A stretch of DNA of 64,000 bases from Schmidtea nova (lineage: Eukaryota): NCBI GenBank assembly GCA_044892505.1, contig CM097883.1, positions 191,952,001 to 192,016,000 of the forward strand. The letters run 5' to 3'. Under the pieces are notes generated by a model. That model had not been told where the DNA came from. It was given only the letters and a program-made list of their open reading frames with translations, and ran no database searches. Each line of letters starts with the position of its first letter. Positions within the stretch are counted from its first letter, which is position 1. Both the position numbers and the translations under genes were made by a program. Shown piece after piece: positions 55,373-64,000 of the stretch.

Positions 55373-58300
55373 TTGATTGAGTCTTTAAAGCTTAATAACT
55401 CTTTTCCAGACAATATATTTTATGAAGGTGGGAAATTTTACCAATCTCATAATAAACCAATATCTTCAAATAAGACCCCGGACATAATGTTTAATCTTGG
55501 ACTTTTTGATTTGGTAAATATGTGCAAAGATGATATGGAATTGAAATCAATCCTTGAGAAAAATGATTTTAATTTTAAGATTGTAGAGATAGTTTTTCAT
55601 CTAAATTTCTTGAATTTGAATGGATCCCTTAAAATGTCGGAAAATCAAATTTATTCTGATTACGTGAAGAATTATATTTGCAATTGCTTGTTAATTAATT
55701 CACTTTGTTCCATTGACGATCTCGTATCTCTGTCAATTGATGACTTTGAAAACTGGGCCAATGAAATTGTTCCAAAGATACCAAATTCATCTTATTTTTA
55801 CACTAGTTGTCAAGAGAAACTTTTGAAATTAAAACAATGGGACATTTCTAGTAAAATTAAGAAAATTCATAATGTCATTTCTCCTGAAATAGTTTCATGT
55901 ATAAATAGTTTCCTTGAACTTTTAGACTTAAACTTTCCAACTAAATATCAACAAAGTAATATGCTAATTAAATTAATGAAATCTATTAATGAACGTAAAG
56001 TTGTTGATGACACACATGGAGCCAAAGCAAAAAGATTTATTTACTTTTTGCTGAGGGATGTTAGAAAATATTTAAATGGCAACCAGCATTTCAGATTATA
56101 TGAATCTAGCAATAAATATTGCACTCCTGAGATGGGCCAACAAATTTCCAAGATAATCATTGACCTTAAGTCTACTATAAACAAAATAAATAATGACGAA
56201 CAAACTATTCCAGATATAGTTACAGTAAAACAGATTGAGAAACAGTGTGAGCCCGAACCAATCGTTTTGATTGAGGAAATCAACTGCATGAAATGCAATA
56301 ATAAACTTGAGAAATGCATTTCAATCAGAGAAGGAGTCGACATCAATATATGTGAAAAGTGTTTAGTTGAAGCAATTTCAATTGTAAAGCCGATCCCTGA
56401 TGCTCCTAGCTCGGATATTGAAGAAACCTTAGAAGTACCAACAAAGAAATCAGGTCCAAATACCAGAACAACAGTGAAGAAACAACCACCGAAACTCAAA
56501 TGAAGATGTGTGCCTGCATCAGCTCAATCTTCTGCCATTTCCTCTAATGAGACTGATGCAGAGAACACTATCAACACCAACTATTTAAACCTTGACGATC
56601 GTGATCCTGAAATGTGGTTTTCCGATAATGATATTGACTGGTATTTGGAGCAAAATATTGACAATCCACTGCACGCATACATAAAATGCTTTGTCGTAAA
56701 TATTCTTTGTTCTGATATGCATCAAGACATTATTAAAATTCCTCAAACCATAATCAATGCTGAAACAGTTTTTTGTCCCCTAAATATCAACAATTCGCAT
56801 TGGATCCTATTTGTCTATAGCAAGAAGTTTCTATCATCCTATTTTATTGACCCAATCTATGCTAATCGACATAAGCCAATTAACAAACAAATGGCATTAA
56901 AAATAAACGTAGAATTAAATAAATTCTTCAAATTAAATATTACTGTTTCCCGTCAACCACATGTACATCTTGAATATCAAAAAAATAATTTTGACTGCGG
57001 TCCATTCACTTGCGCTTATGCAGTGATTATAAGTAAAGATTGGACGAGTCTCCCTGTTGGATTCATTGAACAAATACGGAAAGATGTACATTTATATCAG
57101 AAACAGTTACAGATTTCTAAATCAAAGTCATCAGGCGGTGCAAATCTAAAGATTGACACGTCTAAAATCAACATTAAAAAAGCACTTGACAATAAAAGAG
57201 TAGTAAATAACGATACAACTATAACCAAAATACTAAACACTCAAAAGCCATGTGTGTCATCAATAATTTGTAAATATTATCAAAATAACACTACAATCAC
57301 AGTTTTATCTGCTGAAATGACTCTTAATTTAATTGCACAAAATAAATCTTTCATTGCTGATAATGTAACATTTAAGCAATTTAAAGGAGTAGATCATATA
57401 ATCGCTGTCATTCCTAAATTCAACGATTGGTGCCTCTTCATCTACTCAAATACTCTTGAAAACAGTCTCATGTTTGATTTTAGTTACCGAAACATTGACG
57501 ATCGACTAATTGAAATTGGAGAAAAGATGACCGAATACCTCAATAAATTTTGTCTAGGACGTAATATTGAATTCTTAGCTAATCATCGAATTTCTCATCC
57601 GACTTTTTTCTCTTATGATGATCAATTGTTTGCTAGCTCTTTCATTGTTCTTTTCGAGAAACTTGTTTTTGGTAAAATCTTAGAAAATGATAAAATATAT
57701 AATTTGCTAAATACAATAAAAATTCAAACTTGTATAGAAATTACTCCTAGTCTAAGCTCTATCAATGGTAAAATAAGTGAGAAAATCATCAGTGAATATT
57801 TTCTTAATCTAAACTTATCTAATAATTTTATTCTTTTAAATAAAACCATGTGTGCTGCAATTTCAGATGATTGCACTCAATACTTGAAAGAATTTTTAAA
57901 CATTGAGTGCATGATGAAAGCTAATGTTATCTTTGCAATCATTTCGCCTCCAAAGGTCCATGATTTGCTCATGATAATCGACTTCAACACAGATGAGCAT
58001 TATTTTATTAGCCCTGTGATTAAGGAAGTGAATATAATGACAGAAGTTTACTGTCACAAAATATTTCTTAAAATAAATGATATAAGGGAAAGCACAGGAC
58101 GTGCTATTAAAACTCGTAACTGTCCTCATGATGTAAAAGGTTCTGGATTGTTTAGTAAAATTTTAATTTGTGCTTTTATGAGAAATTATGCACAAGACAG
58201 ACCTTTGGAAAACATTAATCTTCACGAAATTGCCAATCTGATAAATGCTCTTGTGCCAATAGTCGATAAAAATGACAATGTGATGGAAGAAAGACGTCAA

Positions 58301-61105
58301 AAGTTAAAACTTGTAAATTCGTTAAAATTGAACTTAAAACAACGATTAGAAAAGATCAACCGACTTTTAGATACACTTGAAAATTCGAGCGTTGATGAAA
58401 TAATCTCTTGTATTCTTTCAAACATTCCTCGTCTAGAAAATCTTAACACAAATCACACTCGAAGCCCATATCTAGGTAGTAAGCCATTAAAAACTAAGAA
58501 AATGAAAAACTCTACAGAGTTTTTAACTAATATGAAACAAACTGTTTATAGGATATTAGGTGATAAAATTGAATCAGTGGCTCCGTCTTTTCAGGAAATT
58601 ATTTCCAACTTCAGTCATCCAGATGAATTTCCTGCTAGTTGGGAAAGCATTTTAAAATTCACCAAAACATCTAATGCGATGCTTGTTTTAGATCCAATGA
58701 CACCTAGAGAAATCTTTACTAATCTTGAGAAAACTGACAACACATCACCAGGGCTTGATAATGTTCGTTACAAAGACCTTCTGTTATTTGATCCTGACTG
58801 TAAACTTTTGGCTTTTTTATTTAAAAGAATTATTCAACTTCAAATAATTCCCACAAGTTGGAAGTCTTTTAAAACAATATTAATTCCGAAACCTGATAAA
58901 AAAGGTCAATACCATAAAGTGTCATCTTGGAGACCAATAGCGTTATTGTCTGTTATTTACAAAGTCTTTGCTTCAGTCTTAGCAAATCGTCTTAGTTCAT
59001 GGATCAGAAATAACTCACTGTTACACGTTGGCCAAAAGGGTGGTTCGGAATACGAGGGATGTATTGAACACAATTCAATTCTTTCTGCGATTGTCGAACA
59101 TTCGAAATATAGTAAATCCTCACCTGTGACTATAGCTTGGCTCGACATAAAAGACGCGTTCGGTAGTGTTCCACACGACTACATGTGGACACTTTTAAGA
59201 TACATGAACGTTGGTGAAAACTTTATAAAGATATTAAAACTACTTTACACGGACACAAGCTCATTTTATTGCTGTAATAAAATGCAGACACCAGACATTC
59301 TGATAAAGAAAGGTGTCAAGCAAGGTTGTCCAATTTCAATGATACTCTTTTCAATAGCTATCAATCCAGTTCTTGAAGCTATAAACTTGTCGAATGTTAA
59401 TCCATTTATGATAGGGACTTCTCCTGTACAAGTGTTGGCTTATGCAGATGACATAGCTCTTATCGCGACGAATACATTTGATTTACAGACATTGATAGAC
59501 ATTGCTATCAGTACTGCTAATGAAATCGGATTTGAATATCGTCCTGAAAAATGCGCATACATTCAATATCCAAAGGTTGAAACTGTAAGTGAAATTGATG
59601 TTAAAAAAGAATACATAAAAAAGATTACGACAAATGAATTTTACCAATATTTGGGTGTACCAATAGGTGAGAATAATGATCAAAGTCCCTATGAAATCGT
59701 CAGCAAAGTCATCGAAGACACTAAAAAGATTGCTAATTCTGATCTTCATGGCTGGCAAAAACTTAAGGCTTATAAAATGTTTTTGCATTCTCGGCTAATT
59801 TTCCCATTTAGAACTAGAGAAATAAAAACCAGTTCTTTAGCTAATCCCCAAAATAATTCAAGAATAAATGTTAATAATACTAGTCTGCTGAGAAGCCATT
59901 TAAGAAAGATTTTAAACTTACCGAACTATTCAGAAATTAGTTATTTTTATAATGCAACGGAAACTGGTGGAGCTGGTTGCATAGATCTGCTTGATGAGTA
60001 CCACACACAGACGATTGTATACTTTTATCGTTTGCTAACATCACCTTGTGAATACTCGAAAAAGATAAATACCTTTTCACTCTTGTCTGTAACGAGTCCA
60101 AGACTTGGAATTAAAAATCCAACTCTTCGGCAAAGTTTAGAATGGGTTAATGGTAAAGATAGTAAACAAAATCACAGCGGTGGTAAAACTCGTTTTTACC
60201 GATTACGAACATCTATTGCTTACTTTGCCAGAGTTCACAACATCAAACTATTATTTGAAACTGGCAAAGAAAATCTTTCAATTCGTATCAATACAACATT
60301 AACTGGCACACGCATATTATTACCAACTCTAAGAAAGGCGTTGTCAAAAATATTGCATTCTGCAATACAAGTTTCATATCTCGAAAAATGGGAAATGAGT
60401 AATAATAGTAATCTTCTCGTGTCTGCGATTAAACTCTGTCCTCTTGTAAATAAGCTTATTTTCCGGAGTGATTTGACAGAATTCGAATGGAAATTCGTTC
60501 ATCGTGCACGAACAAACACTCTCTCAACTTTCGCCAAACCACATAAAACTGGCGAGAGTCGTCTGTGTCGCAGGTGTAAATCTGAGGATGAAACGATATT
60601 TCACGTTTTACAAAAATGTAAAATCAATCAATCTTTAGCTACAAATAGACACAATGCTTGTATAGATAAAATCAAAAATGAACTCAAAAATCCACATTTA
60701 CTCGTTGTCGTCGATCACAAATGTTCCCTGGTACCGAATTCAACTGAACGCGTTGACTTTTTAATAACAAATACTGAAAAGAAAACTATACTTTTAGTAG
60801 ACATGAAATGTCCAATTGATTCTGTTTCAAACTTTGAGTTGAGTGACAAACTAAACTTGGAAAAATACGAAAATTTGAGATCTGAGATACAAGCAGTTAA
60901 ACCAGACTTTAAAGTTGAATTGTTTACTTGTATAATTGGCTCCTTGGGATCATTCGAACCTAAAACAATAGATCTTTTATTAAATATGGGGGTCCAAGAG
61001 AAAAGAATTAAAACACTGTTGAAAGATTGTGCAATAAGTAATATTGCACATTCAGCTAGAATTTGGTACTTTCATACCAATGGGTTTCTCCCAACCTTTG
61101 TGTAA
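55373..61105 (+). CDS. Ulp1-like protease x3, RT, zinc knuckle and RLE, with one in-frame TGA at 56501-56503
   Basis: NSHWILF..IDP..QKNNFDCGPF (H-D-C triad). SPGLD, WRPIAL, LDIKDAFGSV, QGCPIS, YADD, YLG. CRRC..ETIFHVLQKC, RHN, VDF..LVDMK. ORFs 55373-56503 and 56510-61105 are in frame. Confidence 0.92.
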
Positions 61106-61438
61106 ATAAATATTAAATAGTATTAATTAAACAAATTTAAATTATTATAAAGTTTTGTAAAATAATTTGTTTTAATTATAAAAGTATGTAAAAATTAACC
61201 CTCTTTTGAACTGGCAATTCAAGTAGTTAAAGGTAATTTTCGAAATAAAACATTCTGCGACGAAACCATTTATATTTTAGAAAGCTGAATTCAACTGAAA
61301 AATGTCGCAAAGCTGGATGATGAATTCCAATGAAATATCAGATCCGCGAAAAGATGCAGCAGTTTTTTTAACATATGATTGTTGTTGTAATATTCCATGC
61401 TGAATATCTTATCTGTACCTGTAAAAAGACAAACTTGT

Positions 61439-61619
61439 NNNNNNNNNNNNNNNNNNNNNNNNNNNNNNNNNNNNNNNNNNNNNNNNNNNNNNNNNNNNNN
61501 NNNNNNNNNNNNNNNNNNNNNNNNNNNNNNNNNNNNNNNNNNNNNNNNNNNNNNNNNNNNNNNNNNNNNNNNNNNNNNNNNNNNNNNNNNNNNNNNNNNN
61601 NNNNNNNNNNNNNNNNNNN
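61439..61619. other. Assembly gap (N run)
   Basis: N characters. Confidence 1.
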
Positions 61620-61735
61620 ATACCAACTTATATAACTTATAAAAATTTTTATAAAAAACCTTTTAAAAAATAGAACAATCAAAAACTAAAATGTAAATTA
61701 CTAAAATTTATTAAATAACATTTATAAAATAACAT

Positions 61736-62152
61736 TTATGCATATCGCGCACTGTCGATTCTCCAAATTGGAGTTATAACATCCTTTGTATCGATTTTAT
61801 AGCCCTGAATTATTATGGTAATAAACCAATTTTCTTGATCCTTGTATTCGATTGATTGGAAAGCATCATGGAAACGGGTCTTTCGATTGTTGATCCATAT
61901 AGTTTCCTTGCAACTTAAATTGTTATTGATTTTGAATAAAACTTTATTTAGTGCAACAACATCTTCTTTACTTAGATTTGCAGCTAAATTATCATACAAA
62001 GACTTTGTTAACTTCACTGGATACGACAAACGAAACGATATCTCTTGAACCAAGAAATAAATTTTGTAATCGTAATACATTTGCACTGGTTTCACTTCAT
62101 TATTGATTTTTCTTTCTTCACTGATATCATAAGTTGATTTACGTGCTGGCAT
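61736..62152 (-). CDS. 138-aa hypothetical protein
   Basis: Clean ATG-to-stop ORF with globular composition, in a same-strand cluster of small intronless ORFs. Confidence 0.45.
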   Translation of the reverse strand: MPARKSTYDISEERKINNEVKPVQMYYDYKIYFLVQEISFRLSYPVKLTKSLYDNLAANLSKEDVVALNKVLFKINNNLSCKETIWINNRKTRFHDAFQSIEYKDQENWFITIIIQGYKIDTKDVITPIWRIDSARYA

Positions 62153-62700
62153 TTTTGAAATTGTGACAATATCTTAAAAATGTCTTTGTATTTATAGTGA
62201 GGACTGGATGCCTTTGTCCAATCAAAATTAGCATTTGTATTGCACATGATATGCATGTCTTTGTTGTAAGTATGTGTAATTGATGCATGTGTGTCTATTT
62301 TATTGTGTCTTTATTTAATAAACATATTTTTCACTTCTTACTTAAAAACATTATTTAAATTTGTAATAAAATCAGAATAATAAAAACAGATTAATAAATA
62401 AATAAATCAATAAAATTTCAAACAATTTCAAAAATACTTATTTAAAAAGCACTTTAACAAACTAAATGAGAAAACATTTAATAATAATAAAAACATCGTT
62501 TAAATAATTAGGATCTTTATTTACTTATAAATAATTGTCATTAAATCTAATTTATTTTCTTAAAAAACAAAATTATTTAAAAGACTTAAAATAAAGGAAA
62601 CTAAAATAAGATAATACATATATTAATACATAAAATGATAAAGACATAAAATGCTGACTACAATGATATAAAATCACAATTAATTTATACAAAATATTGT

Positions 62701-63237
62701 TCATTCAATGGATTGGCTGCAATTTGGATGGCTGGAATCAGGAACAATATTGTCGTCAATTTTGCGATGGCATTCATCGCAAATTGTCGATTCTGGTGAT
62801 TCCATCGGCTGATCGCCTTCAAGCGGATATGGCCCATCGAGAGTTGGGCATTCTGAAGGCGAATCAGAATGAGCCGGACAATCTGTAGTAGTATCCATCG
62901 ATTCATCTGGAGTACAATTGGGCCATTCTTCTTTTTCTTCTTCTATAACATTCATTTTCTTTGACTCCATTTCATATTTCTGGAGTGCATTCCTTAACAC
63001 CCAAATTCTATATTTATGAATCCGCTCCTGGCAACCCCCGCATTGATATGAGCAAAGGATGTGTTCTGCCATGTATGGAAGATCCATATCACAATTGGCA
63101 AGGTGATCCAACAAAATTTGAGTAACATCAATGCCAGTTATTGATAAAATTTTAATTGGTAACATCTACGGAGCCGTGTAGACTAGCTTCTGCATTAATG
63201 TTATGAATAGTTCTTCCATTTTACCGAACAGAACGGC
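62701..63237 (-). pseudogene. Small hypothetical protein with CSYQCGGC motif and acidic tail, in-frame TAG at 63166-63168
   Basis: MAVLFGK..YTAP*MLPIKIL reads through in one frame. Confidence 0.45.
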
Positions 63238-63503
63238 CATTAATTTATCTAAAAGATAAATATTATAAAAAATGCTAAATGATAAATTTAAAACTTTGCC
63301 ATATTTAACTAAAGATTCTTTGAGACACATTGTACAATAATAAATGAATGTAAAATGTTCATTGTATATATACCAAAGTAACACACAAGAAAAAGAAACA
63401 CACAATCAACCAATCAGATTTGAGTATGCATAAAATTTCTTTATTCTATCGATACACACTCGACCAATCAGAATCGTGCATTTCCATTGCATCAATATTG
63501 CAG

Positions 63504-63951
63504 TCATGAGTCACATGTTAGTATGAAATCAATACAGACTTTATCTTCTATAATTGATTTTATATCATTAATAATATTATCAACTATATTTGCATAGTCT
63601 TTGTTTTTTAATCCTAATATGACTATTTTACCACTTGCAAAAATATTGACACACATTGGATTATATTTTATATTCTGGCTCGTAAACACATGGAATCAAT
63701 TTAGATAATTCATTTAAATTACAAATAAATCCTAAATCTGCAGTCACAGTTATCGATTGTATTGTTAAGTCATGCAACTTTACTTTTTTATCACTAATAA
63801 ATTCCTTGCAACCCATTATTCTATATCTACCTGTCTTAAAGTATATTATTGGGTACTTTCTACTTCTATCTACAATTTGCTGTGGTTTCCTACTTGGGAA
63901 TTTCATGTGTGACACATCTGTCTTACCCTTGTAATTAATGTTTCTAATCAT
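63504..63951 (-). pseudogene. Divergent minimal TBP-like gene with a frameshifting deletion
   Basis: IIYFKTGRYRIMGCK, IQSITVTADLGF..NLNELS..YEPE and KYNPMCVNIFASGKIVILG match the two TBP repeats. The LFP-type segment after YEPE is missing at the frameshift. Confidence 0.7.
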
Positions 63952-64000
63952 TAATAAAATTATTTTAAATGTAACAACAAAGAGATAATTAATATTTTAA

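Larger units (their letters stand above)
54054..61250 (+). mobile_element. Non-LTR retrotransposon of the RLE class (NeSL-like), 5' end lost in the gap, 3' boundary approximate
   Basis: Ulp1/C48 peptidase, RT, CCHC and restriction-like endonuclease in one ORF, followed by an AT-rich 3' UTR. Confidence 0.9.

Noticed and set aside
61105-61438. SL, tRNA or snRNA target site flanking the NeSL-like element
   Set aside because: No such gene is recognisable at the 3' flank, and the 5' flank is in a gap.

Overview
AT-rich eukaryotic DNA made up almost entirely of mobile elements and pseudogenes. A 24-nt match to the planarian spliced leader (recalled from the literature, not searched) points to a freshwater planarian host. 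The main feature is a young, complete 29.4-kb LTR retroelement on the minus strand (6008-35398). It has 3.24-kb near-identical LTRs that each carry two ORFs, a 4-bp TSD (ATGT) and a tRNA-Pro PBS. One ~15-kb reading frame, broken only by two in-frame TGAs, encodes in order: Gag, 2x ubiquitin-like, Bcl-2-like, chuvirus-type envelope glycoprotein, PR-RT-RH-IN, ankyrin, FN3-like and TM segments, so env precedes pol. A tightly packed cargo array follows (coiled-coil proteins, TRAF, membrane protein). Most cargo ORFs have a splice-acceptor YAG a few nt before the ATG, which suggests an operon resolved by SL trans-splicing or subgenomic splicing. The 5' leader holds an IAP-type RING ORF, a 19-bp tandem array and six regularly spaced conserved hairpins. 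Size and style resemble the planarian Burro elements (from memory). The rest of the window holds a 4.9-kb Ty3/gypsy element, a NeSL-like RLE non-LTR element with three Ulp1-like domains and a possible 32-nt intron, and piggyBac, mariner, hAT and PolB remnants. It also holds an SL-bearing rad9 retrocopy next to a proteasome alpha pseudogene, a Ubl-GG-Gag fusion, AP-1 motif clusters and a degraded TBP-like gene cluster. There are two N gaps.
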